64,000 nucleotides of DNA from Octopus sinensis. Taxonomy: Eukaryota. The stretch lies in contig NC_043004.1 in NCBI RefSeq assembly GCF_006345805.1, positions 106,206,001 through 106,270,000 on the forward strand. Direction: 5' to 3'. The notes beneath the pieces are model-generated. The model was not told where the DNA came from and searched no databases. It worked only from the letters and a program-made list of their open reading frames with translations. This document shows, one piece after another, positions 50,701 through 62,733 of this stretch; within the stretch, counting starts at the first letter, position 1, and each line of letters begins with the position of its first letter. The position numbers and the translations under genes were made by a program.

Positions 50701-53700
50701 ATATGAATTTGTCTGAGAAAATATTTATTTAATTAAATTTTATTTTTCCTTGTATGCATATAGGTTATGCATGCCTTTTCTTTTCACTTACCTTTTGTCT
50801 TCTTTTGAGTTTGATCTCATTGAGTAACGATTTGTGGTAATTTTTTCTCTTCAATTCCAAAATATAAGATATTATCAAATGAGAAGTGTCAGCCATTTGA
50901 ACTGGCTAAGAATTAATTCTTAGAAACCAAAACTTCCCGAAAGAACACAAGTAAATTTTCTGGGCTTTTCAATACTGCTTCTAATAACAATATGAAATTA
51001 TATCCCATAATATTGCTTATATTTCTGAGTGGGTTCCAGAGGTAGGGTCCTGAGGGTCCTCTTAGAAGCAAATGCTATTACTCTTTCTGCTATAATAATT
51101 ATAATAATAGTGTAACTAGCTGAGACAATGGATATTATCCCATCACCTCATTCCTGGTCTACCCCCACGTCTCCTGTATTGTGAAGATTTTTTTTACGGA
51201 TTTTGTTCATTTGTTTCTGGTTCATAGCCATGTTTTGGGTTTTATATTTTGAATTTGAGGATTCAGAACAGTCTCTATATAGTTCTTGTAAATTCTCTTA
51301 GGTTGTATTTCATTTCAGTGACTGAATCACTCTGTGTTTCCTAGTTTTTCTTTCTACACTTCTATTTATTTCATTTAGCTCAGTCTTCCATAAAAAAAAC
51401 CCCATTTTTTTGTAACATGTAAGCAGTACACACATCTCTCCTGGACCAAGCTTCCTTCAGACATTATCCAAGCCTCTTCAGATATTCATCTTTGCGAATA
51501 CAAATTGTGATGTTGGTGGCATTGATGACGACGATGATGATGATGATGATGATCAGCAGCAGTCTTTGATCATTGTTGGGAATATTTTAAATTCTTAACT
51601 CTGCTGTTTAGAATCAAAGACAAAAAGACACGAATGAGAGAAGAGCAACAGTTTTGTTATTGGACTGTATTGTTAATTAGCTCTTAATTGTAGTGTTATT
51701 TCTCCCTTCTCCTCACTTGCTCCTTCCCTCTCCCTCTCCTTTCTCTCTCCCCTTCCTCTCTTTCTCTTCCTCTCCTCCCCTCTCCCCCCACCGTCACATG
51801 GGTGCGTCTCTAACTTTATTAACAACTAAAGCTGCATAGTTACTATTATTTCATATCAAACTTTACAGTGACATTTGTGTGTATATGTGTGTATACTCAC
51901 ACATACACACATACATGAGGCTGTGCTAAAACTTGAACTAAAGAGAAAAGCAATATATATTTATGTAATATACATGCTCACAAACACCCTTATACACACA
52001 ACTGTACATATGTGTGTGTATTTACACAAGGAAGTAAGGAAGTAAACATTTAGAATTTCCTATGCGTTAGAGAGAGAGAGAGAGAGAGAGAGAATATTTG
52101 TGTGTGTCTGTGTGTCATCTGTATGTTTAGCCTCAATAAAAACTAATATATTCCCAGTAACATTTTAATTTATGATACAAAATTTCAGAGCTTCACATTA
52201 TATATAAGTCTTTAAAACCTGAATATTCTTCTCTTCTCCCTCCCTTTCTCCTTCTGTCCACCACCACCACCAATCATAATAATGATAATAATAATAATAA
52301 TGCTACCGCTGCCACTACTACAACTACCATTACAACAAACACTACTACTAACCAACACTACCACTACCACAACAACAACTATTACAACTACTATCAACAC
52401 CACCACCAACACTACTACTACTACTACTACTCATTAACAATGTCTCAAAGTCTAAATGAAGAGTCTTTGTATGAGAATTTGGTGTCTGCCATTGGGAGTG
52501 GGTCAGTGCAATGCGTGGGTCAGGTGCAGTGAGGGGTTAAGGTCACTATGACAACTAAATGAAAAGGTTTCATTCTTCTCGACTGGTGTTTTCTGTTGGG
52601 TCTTACTCTACAACTGAAAGTCACATGATAACCTCCCTCTCTCTCTCTCTCTCTCTCTCTGAACACCTACCTCTTGGTACTGTATGTCCTACCCTGTTGT
52701 TAGTGCTGTTAGCATTAGTTTTTGTTTTCTGTATTGTTGGCATCTCCCTTTTAACTAACAACCACTCATTTAACGCCAACACTGTCATTTATAGTAACAA
52801 CAACAACAGCAGCAATAATAGTGACCATAGTAACAACCCTGTCATATACATTGACACCATCACCAATTATCATCATCATTGTTTAATGTCCATTTTTCAA
52901 TGCTGTCATGGGTTAGACGGTTTGAGTAAGGCAGCCGGAGAACTGTCCAAGCACCAGTTGTCTGTTTGGGCATGGTTTCTATGGCTGGATGCCCTTCCTA
53001 ATGCCAGCCACTTTACAGAGTGTGCTGGGTGCATTTTACATGCCATCAGCACCTGCAAAACAAAGACCTTCTTCGATGGGAGAGGGAGTGGGAGGGTATG
53101 GCCATAAAGGACATGCTTATATGTATGGATGGCCACGATTTTACTTAACTTGACATGTTTCCTCAAATACAACAAATCACCACAAGTTTCAATCTCTTGT
53201 TATCTCATCATCTTCAAAAATACTAATCATTTGATAAACCAATTTCACATACAAAACCATCACTACGATCTTCAACAAGTCAACAGGGGTGTCTATGTGG
53301 CTGCCCAACCTGCTAGAAATAACAACTAAATAAGGCAGTTAGCTGGCAGAATCGTTAGCACACCAGGCAAAATGCTTAGTGGGATTTCGTCTGCCGCTAC
53401 GTTCTGAGTTCAAATTCTGCCGAGTTCGAATTTGCCTTTCATCCTTTCATGTTCGATTAAATAAGTACCAGTTACTGGGGTCGATATAATCGACTTAATC
53501 CGTTTGTCTGTCCTTGTTTGTCCCCTCTGGGTGTAGCTCCTTGTGGGCAGTAAAGAAATAAGAAATAACAGCTAAATTTTCTTCAGCTCACATTATCCTT
53601 TAAATTATAAAATGGGTCTCAATTTAAATGCCTTTGCTGTCTGCTTAATCAGAGCTAATATGGGGACTAATTAACTTACAACAGTAAAAGCTACTTATAT

Positions 53701-54847
53701 CTTTTTTTTTTTTTTTTTAAGAAAAATCATCCATTACATGCTTAGAGCAGTTGGCATTAGGAAGGGTATCCAGCTGTAGAACCATGCCAAATCAGATTCA
53801 AACCTGTTGCAGCCCTCCAGCTAGCCAGTTTCAGTCAAACCATCTAACCCATGCCAGCATAGAAAGCAAACACTAAATGATGATGATGTGAAAACATGTG
53901 TTGTATAGAATTTTGAATCTCTGCATTTGTGAGATGACGACATTATTGTTATGTATAAGATGAGATGATGTTTTCTGGTGCTGCTTGTGAGTTGTACAAT
54001 AACTGTTTAGTTTGGTGAAGTGCATTCAAGCATTTTTAAGATAGTAGGGTGAAGTTTGAGGGAGATTTTGGTAACTATTTCTAGCAAGTCAAGTAAACAA
54101 CTACAAGCTTCCTGATGTGCTGGTATAGAATTACCAGCTGCCTGATACCAAACTCTGGATTGAATTTCCAAAATCTTTTGGAAACTACATAGTATGATAA
54201 TTGGATAATTACTTTTCAAAGACATCAGGTTTACCTATCTTTTGACATCAAATATCTCTGATCTACAGTTTCCCTGATGAGATCATACAAGAACTGTTCT
54301 ATCTCTTGAATTTGTTGAGCATTTATATATAAAGGCACAGATGTGACTGTACAGTTAAAAAACTTGCTTTCCAACCATGTGGTTTTGGGTTCAGTCCCAC
54401 TGTGTGGCACCTTGGGTAAGTGTCTTCAACTATAACTCCAAGTCAACCAAAGCTTCATAAGTGGTTGACAGAAACCGAAAGAAGTTCATCATATAAATGT
54501 GTATGCATGAGTGTGAGTGGCTGGCTGATAACAGGAAATATTATCTTGCTTGGAAACAGGTGAGGGTTGGCTACAGGAAGGGTATCCACCTATAAAAAAC
54601 CTGCCTCAACATATTTTGTCTGATGCATGCAAGCAACAGAAAAGTGGACATTAAATGATGACAATGATGATTATGATGATGATGATTGTGTGGGTGGCTA
54701 TGACATTCAGCCTTCTGATAAATCACACACAATGTCTTACATTGAAGATATCACTATCATAGCTACATGCTAAGCACTTAAACACTCTACAACAGTTATA
54801 CAGAAATTAAAATCCTGACTCTAGAAAAACAAGGTAAACAACTTTAT

Positions 54848-55236
54848 AGGCACAGGAGTGGCTGTGTGGTAAGTAGCTTGTTTACCAACCACATGGTTTC
54901 GGGTTCAATTCCACTGTGTGGCACCTTGGGCAAGTGTCTTCTACTATAGCCTCGGGCTGACCAAAGCCATGTGAGTCGATTTGGTAGACGGAAATTAAAA
55001 GAAGCCCATCATATATATGTATATATATATATACATATGTGTGTTTGTGTTTGTCCCCCCAACATCGCCTGACAACCAATGCTGGTGTGTTTACATCCCC
55101 ATAACTTAGTGGTTCAGCAAAAGAGACCGATAGAATAAGTACTAGGCTTACAAAGAATAAGTCCTTTGCTCAACTAAAGGCGATGCTCCAGCATGGACGC
55201 AATCAAATGACTGAGACAAGTAAAAGAGAGTAAAGA
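54848..55236 (+). mobile_element. SINE family A, full-length
   Basis: aggcacaggagtggctgtgtggtaagtagc head through the gactgagacaagtaaaag tail. Confidence 0.85.
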
Positions 55237-56386
55237 GTAGCTTCATCAAATTAACCATTTTCTCTGTTACTCTCAGGTAGCATCAGAAAACATCATTTGA
55301 TGCTGTACATCACAGTAATGTCATCATCTCATATTTACAAAAATCTAAGCTTCTATACATCACATGTCTTTTTAAGGCTGCTACAGAATGGCCTGACACT
55401 CCATCAGTTACAATAACTAATGTTCCATTAGATTCAATCAGTGAAAGAGCTTGTTTGTGAAATTCCTGTGCAAGTGACTGAGTACTCCATAGTCACACAA
55501 ACATATAGTCCCCTTTAATTCCTATTTTGCTCTACTGCTCCCCCAACCCCATAGCTATTTGATGTTGAAAAAAAAGGTCCTACTGTATTTTTATAATTAA
55601 ATATTATTGAGAATCGTATTAAAAAAATTGTTAAAATATTTTGTGTATTATAGAAGCATAACCAGATTATTTCTCATAAGCTTTAACTGCAAAATCTTGT
55701 ATGGACCCCGCAAAGGTTATATGAACCCCAGTTGAGAATGGCTGGTCTAACCTATACCAGTATGGGTGGTAGCAGTGGTATGGGTGGCAGCATTTCATTG
55801 ATTGATATAAGGCGAAATAATTTCAGTAACTAAAATATACAAAATACTCAAAGCATTATCCACCCACCATTCTCTCCATACTCTATCCACTGACCTCTTC
55901 CAGCCAAATATCCTAAATATATAACTGATACAACACGGATAATAACTCGTAAACGCCCATCATCAAAAACTGAGGCAATTTTTGACTATGCAATTTACAT
56001 TTCCTTAGTTTGGTGCTTAATGACTGAATCTCCTATGGAGCAAAGGAGATTCAGTCATTAAGTTTGTGTGTATGTATAATGTGTATATCTAGTGTCTCAC
56101 TTATTCTATACCAAAAACCCATCATTAAAATCTTATTTCTTAATAAGAGTTGTTAAAGTTTGTTCATCATGTTTTCATTATTAACAAACTTCTGAAGTCA
56201 AGAAATTATGTCATTAGTATACTAGTTATAATAATACTACTTGTTATAATAACAATAGTTTGCTTGGAGTGGAGGAGGTTGCTGGGGTTTTTTTTGTTTG
56301 TTTTTTTTACATCTAATTTTCCATGGGTAGGATGGCACATACATTATAATTGTTGCAATGTTTTAAACTGTTCTTACAAATGGATG

Positions 56387-56421
<35 letters not shown>

Positions 56422-56959
56422 TGTGTGTGTGTGTGTGTGTGTGTATAAACTCACACATACATTTAATCACATATCTGTGAAAAAGAAATGGATCCTGTTC
56501 TTTAAGCAAACTGGATAACGCAAAGCCACAAAACTATGACAGTGGCAGACTCTGCACTTTAGACAACCCATAGGATCAGTTGGCATACCTTAACCATAAT
56601 CATTATCCCCATTACAAATGGTTGCATCAACAATAGAGAACAGCTGAGTAAATAAAATACAAGCGCCCATCATTAATTTGAAACCTTACTGAGACAAAGT
56701 GGCTAGAATCTGTTTGAAAAGGACCTTATATATGCTTCCTTAAGCTTTTGGCTCCCTGTGATGCATAGGCAATCAACAGTTTATTTCCACTGTTCCCAAA
56801 CCTGGGCCTGTACTTTCTACTTCCCAGTTGGATATTTGCTTTGTGAGCTCTATCTCAGTATCCTGCCTCCAGCTAATTTTAGGGTCTCCTTTCTTCCATA
56901 CCCTTATAGGTTCATATGTCTCCCTGAGGGAAAGCCTTTCTCCTTCTGGTCTTGTTAGT

Positions 56960-57187
56960 TTAACCCTTTTACCATTCAAATCTCTGTCAAATGTAAAGCT
57001 TATTTATTCACTTTGTCTTCAATTAACCACATTTTATCTTGTAGCCTTGAGATTTTGAGGACATGATTGTTTATTTTTAGATTAACATTGTAGGATTGGT
57101 GTGAGAGGCCGAATCTAGCTTATCTGAATGTAAAAAAAAAATGAATATTTGAGCTGGATATAGCCGGTTTAAATGCTAAAGGGTCAA
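56960..57187. mobile_element. piggyBac-like MITE, family 1 (second copy)
   Basis: Begins ttaacccttttaccatt and ends aatgctaaagggtcaa. The internal tgtcaaatgtaa.gcttatt is shared with the 19402 copy. Confidence 0.6.
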
Positions 57188-57575
57188 AATTGTCGCAGAT
57201 GCTTCTGTAATTGTGCTTTTTTACTAGGTAGGGAGTGGTGGCCTTATGCAAACCCATTTTTATCTCTAAGAAGAAATGGTCCATATTAGTTTGGTCTCTA
57301 TCCTTTAATCTGTTCATTCTGCTGGTATAGTTCTCATGGTCAGTGAGAAACACAAGCCACCACACTGCAATGAGGACCAGATCTTGTGGTGAAGCCTTAT
57401 ATATAACCATGACCCATACCTTTATTATCGTTCTCAACTCCCTATATGTAACATGCTGTGAACTGCCCAGTTTATTCTGTGCATATGCTATACTAAAAGC
57501 CATTATTTCACACAATGACTACTGCAGTTTAATTTGGTGATTATGATAATAATTATGACAAAAGATTAACTACTT

Positions 57576-57812
57576 TTATAAGCCATTTCAGAAACACAAA
57601 AAGCGTTAGATTCACTTCAACATTTAAATTTAATTTGCCAAAATATTTTCGTCGCTTTGAGACTGCGACCTGTTCACTGACAAAATTCTGTGCAGCACAA
57701 AATTTTGTCAGTGAACAGGTCGCAGTCTCAAAGCAACAAAAATATTTTGGCAAATTAAATTCAAATGTTGAAGTGAATCTAATGGATTTTATGTTTCTTA
57801 AATGGCTTATAA
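57576..57812. mobile_element. Near-perfect 237-bp palindrome, probable MITE
   Basis: 118-bp arms pair without indels around position 57694 (tgtgc-a-gcaca), with 9 non-Watson-Crick positions counted. Both ends are ttataa. Confidence 0.8.
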
Positions 57813-57938
57813 ACACCTTCCATGCTGCAATTGTTTTCGTTCCAGCACACGATCTCAGATCAGGTCACTTGCTATGCAAGTACATCTCCATAATTAACTA
57901 CTTTGACTTACATTAATTATGTCATTTTCTATTTTCAG

Positions 57939-58049
57939 TTAGTGGATTTGACTCGTATGTGAAAGTACCAGTTGATGATGGTGGTGATGGTCTTATTCGT
58001 TCAGACTCTTATGGAAATTTCAATAATTTAATAGAATCCAGCACAAATG
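57939..58049 (+). CDS. TNS: Tensin exon H (post-C2 segment)
   Basis: Acceptor ttttctattttcAG and donor ATG|gtaagt. (V)SGFDSYVKVPVDDGGDGLIRSDSYGNFNNLIESSTN, resembling tensin VxVDY...LIRWDSYENF. 111 nt, phase 1-1. Confidence 0.9.
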
Positions 58050-58124
58050 GTAAGTCTTTTGTTCATTATCTTCTCAGCTAGTTCTGCTGCTGGCTTTAAC
58101 CATTCAGTTGAATCAAATCTAGTT

Positions 58125-58460
58125 GCAGGAATGGTTGTGTTGTTAATAAGCTAGCTTTGCAGCCACATGGTTTTGGGTTCAGTTCCACTGAATGGTACCC
58201 TGGGCAAGCCAATGTTTTATGAGTGGATCTGGTAGATAGAAATTGTGTTGAGCCTACTGTGTTTGTCAATCACCTCTTCTGCTTGACAAGTGTTAGTTTG
58301 TTTATGTCCCCATAACTTAGTGATTTGCCAAAAGAGACCGAAAGACTAACTACCAGACTTAAAAATGAGCACTGGTATTTATTTGTTTGACTAAACCCTT
58401 CAAGATGGTCCCCCTGCTTAGCCACTGTCCAATGCTTGAGACAAGTAAAACCTAAAAGAT
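58125..58460 (+). mobile_element. SINE family A, older copy just downstream of exon H
   Basis: Diverged head, core and tail homologous to family A. Confidence 0.7.
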
Positions 58461-58969
58461 AAACGACCCCCCCCCCCCCCCTCCAGTCCCATCAACCATC
58501 ACTTTGGAGTTGAAGTTTCCATTACTTTTTCCCTGTCATCCTGCCACACTATTTACCAAAATTTTATTCCCAGTACTATAAATTGATAGATTTGCTCTTA
58601 ATTCTTATGCAAATCTGGCTGAGACTGCCCCTGGGTCTATGCCATAAACTTTCTCAATTTAAATTCATCCAAATCTAAACCTTCCTTAAATCCTTAAAAA
58701 TGTTTTAGCCCGAAGGCCGCGGCCATACTTTGTTCCAAACACTAGCATGATTATGACAGTTATTTTAGGGAATTTTTCTTTATGTTCAAAATTAATTGAA
58801 ACAAGCGTAGTGTATGGCAACAAAATGGTTAATTCTATATTGTTTTATTCCATACTTCTATAAAATTCTTTAAATGGCTCAATCTATAGCCGTGACACTT
58901 TCTATATGTAATTGCCAGTATTTTTGAAGGATGGCGTTTGATGATTAAATATCGCAAAAGTCTTAAATA

Positions 58970-59386
58970 CTCTTGCTCTTTACTCTTTTACTTGTTTTAG
59001 TCATTTGACTGTGGCCATGCTGGAGCACCGCCTTTAGTCGAGCAAATTGACTCCAGGACTTATTCTTTGTAAGCTTAGTACTTACTATATCGGTCTCTTT
59101 TGCCGAACCACTAAGTTACGGAGACGTAAACACACCAGCATCGGTTGTCAAGTGATGTTGGGGGGACAAACACAGACACACAAACATATACACACACACA
59201 CATATATACATATACATACATACGATGGGCTTCTTTCAGTTTCCGTCTTCCAAATCCACTCACAAGGCTTTGATCGGCCCAAGGCTATAGTAGAAGACAC
59301 TTGCTCAAGGTGCCATGCAGTGGGACTGAACCCAGAACCATGTGGTTGGTAAGCAAGCTACTTACCACACAGCCACTCCTACGCCT
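58970..59386 (-). mobile_element. SINE family A, full-length
   Basis: Reverse complement of family A. Further copies lie at about 1540-1900, 4065-4485, 7460-7760, 12400-12780, 26012-26370, 34545-34850, 54350-54660 (+) and 31750-32090, 61970-62340 (-). Confidence 0.85.
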
Positions 59387-62300
59387 ATATATATATTAAT
59401 TGTTGTGTCATTTCTTCCAATGTTTTACAAATTTTTCAACTATGTTAAAGACAACATTTAGTTGACAACATTCTGATTTCTTCTTGCCCAAAGACAAAGA
59501 AAACTGACCTGACAAATACAAATCACTGTAACAGAAGCAATTTGCATAGTTTTTTTTAACTAAAAGAATGAAAATAACAACAATGAGCCAACATCTATGT
59601 GGTCACTCAACATGCTAGAAATAGCAACCATTACAACTAGAAATAGCAACGGATTACAACCTACGAACTTAAAAATTGGAAATGGATAATAGTCCTTGAT
59701 ATCCTATATCTAGAAACAAATTGGATGGTTATAGGTATATTCATATAATAATAATAATAATAAAGTTTACTATAGGCACAAGGCCTGAAATTTTGTGTGG
59801 AGGGAGCAAGTCAGTGACATCAAATCCAGTGCTCAAATGGTACTTTTATCAGCCCCGAAAGGATGAAAGGCAAAGACAACTTTGGCAGAATTTGAACTCA
59901 GAACGTAAAGACAGATGAAATGCCACTAAGCATTTTGTCTGGTCTGCTGATAATTCTGGCAGTTCAGTCTTGTCCAATAGTAATGATAATGATGAAGATG
60001 ATGACAATGACCAGCTGAATCAGAACTGACCTGAAGATCGTGATTAATAATACATCGTAATCTGATAGAGTGAAATATGTAATCAGATTCCAAGATTGTT
60101 AATCTGACACAAATAACGAATAGACTGTGATGTGAGGGACCACCTGGGCACCCCACCACTGCTATTTATCTCTTGGCAGCTCTTACTGATCATTCCCACC
60201 CCCTCTATTCTAAATGTAAGTAGCCATGCACCCCACTACAAGAACCTGCCTTACCTCCAACTATCACCTCCTCCATCCAGCATGAAGTCGACCCCTACTC
60301 CCTCAGTGCTCATCATTTTGTGAGTGGCATGACGATCTCACTATTGTTGGTGGCATGAAAAAAGCACCCAGTACACTCTGTAAAAATGGGTTGGCATTAA
60401 GAAGGGCATCAAGCCATAGAAATCATACCAAAGCAGACAATTAGGGAGCAATGAAGTCTTCGGACCCTTCAGATCCTGTCAAACCATCCCACCCATGCTA
60501 GCATGGAATGTAGATATCAAATAAGAATAATGATGACAATGATGATGATGACGACGACGACTGCATGTGTGTGTATATATATATGTGTGTGTATATGTGT
60601 ATTATGTACAAATGCATATAATGTATAATACCTATTTCTGATGAATTTTCACATCTGTCTCACCAACATGCTGCATTCCTTCTTTTATTTGTTTTGGGCA
60701 CTATTAGAATGGGTTTTAACCCTTTCAAATACAACCCACCTGAAATGGCCTTTAGTTCTGTGATATAAAACTTTCCATCATAAAAATGGTCATATTTATA
60801 TTATAACCTGTCATAATCTCATGAAAGGACCTTCTCATCAATGATGTTCCAAACACCAGCTTAATTATTCGTTAAGTTAATTTGCTAAATCCCACCAAAA
60901 TCTTTATTTTTAGAATTTCATTGTAACACACTCACACATGCATTCCACGAGAAACATGGTAACAAAAGTGTTAAATCTATTAGTTGTATGCCATTGCTAT
61001 CAAAATCTTATATTCCCACTTTTCTTGACATTTATGACATCATTCAGATAAATATCCAACAAATTAGCCAAGTTCCTATTCCAAGTTTCAGTTCCTAATT
61101 GGAACCATTTTACTTTAAACATGTCAGGCATAAGCGTTGCTGTGTGGTTAAGATGCTTGCTTCCCAACCACATGGTTTTTGGTTCAGTCCTACTGTGTGG
61201 CACTTTGGGCAAATGTTTTCTACTACAGCCCCAGGCCATCCAAAACTGAAAAAGCATATCATGTGTATATGTATACATAGGCCTCATGGAGGCAATAAAC
61301 AAGACCTTTGCTATTATGTTGTGCTTAAGAAGAAGACCCATGAAGCCAAGCAAGATTGCAGTTGTGGCAGATACCGGTCTCACAGAAATGGCACGTAAAT
61401 GCACACCAGTGTCATGCAAATGGCATCCATGTCAGTGGCACATAAAAGCACCCATTACACTCTCAGAGTGGTTGGCTTTAGGAAGGCCATCCAGCCATAG
61501 AAAACCATGCCAAATCAGACTGGAGTCTGTTGCAGCCTTCCAGCCTTGCCAGCCCAATCAAACCGTCCAGCCCATGCCAGCATGGACAATGGACGTTAAA
61601 TGATGCTGTGTGGGGGGGGGAGAGATAGTGTGTGTGTATTTGTATCTCCTTGTCCTGACATTGTGTGGTAGTTGTAAATAAGTATTACTATTATACAAGC
61701 AGTGTCGTTTCCAATACTCTGTGAAAACACATCTGACCATGAAAAAATATTGCCTTCCTTGGAGATAGTTATGGGTGGGGACAGGAAGAACATCTGGTTG
61801 TAGAAAATCTGCCTCAGTAAGCTCTGTCTGACCCAGGCAAGCATGAAAAAGTGGATATTAAAATGATGACAATTCTATGAATTTGTGATAACCTGAGCTT
61901 TCATTCATGTCTTTTCACCCACTTCTCATATCACATAAATATAAAGAGGACCTTGGCCAATATCTTCATCATTCTTTAATGTCCACTTTTCCATACTTGC
62001 ATGAATCAGACAGAATTTTGTTGAAGCAGATTTTCCTCTAGCCAGATGCCTTTCCTGTCATCAACCCTCACTCGTTTCCCATGTTTAGACATGATTTTCT
62101 CTGACGACAGGCAATATGATGATGATACTTATTTATAACCATCATATGATGTGAAGACAAGAGAACACGCACACACAACAATCTTCTTCCAGTTCCCATC
62201 TACCAAATCAACTCACAAAGCTTTGTACAGCTCAAGGCTACATTAGAAGACACTTGCCTGAAGTACTGTGCAGTGGGACTGAACCCAAGACCACATGGTT

Positions 62301-62526
62301 AGAAGACAAGCTTCTTAACCACACAGCTGTACTTGCGCCTTACTGTATTAGGCCAAAATGAAAATCAGAGACTCATACAGTTAATGATGGGTAGAAACAG
62401 GATGGGCAGAAACAGGATGGGCGAATAGAAACATGTTGTGTGATTTGTTCTGTCATTGCTAAATCTTCTCTCTCTCTTGTTGCTGTTAATATAAGTCACA
62501 TCTTTCTCTTCTCTCCCTCATTCCAG

Positions 62527-62733
62527 CTGATGTCAATGCTAATGGTCTAGATAGCACAGTGAACATCAATGAAAGTATCCAGCACTCTGAAGGTCCACTA
62601 GATGGCAGTCTCTATGCTACAGTCAACAAGAGGCGAATGGAATCCACTACAACTACTAGTACTACATACGTCAATGGCATCAACGGATCTGTGCATGATT
62701 CTAGTATGGATTCGGGTATATCCTCCTCTTACG
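62527..62733 (+). CDS. TNS: Tensin exon I (linker with GPLDGSLYA motif); 3' end uncertain
   Basis: Long pyrimidine acceptor ccctcattccAG. (A)DVNANGLDSTVNINESIQHSEGPLDGSLYATVNKRRMESTTTTSTTYVNGINGSVHDSSMDSGISSSY contains the tensin GPxDGSLYAxVxK motif. The donor is either 62733|gtagtg or 62715|gtatat, both phase 1. Confidence 0.88.

Noticed and set aside
52559-53107. 182-aa ORF
   Set aside because: It is built from CT and AAC repeats plus a family C SINE, and the hydrophobic stretch is low-complexity.
55277-55415. Strong acceptor ctctcAG after a SINE
   Set aside because: The tensin-phase frame reaches a stop with no convincing donor and no homology.
57120-57515. 131-aa minus-strand ORF as a nested gene
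   Set aside because: It has no recognisable domain or splice signals, and its end overlaps a MITE.
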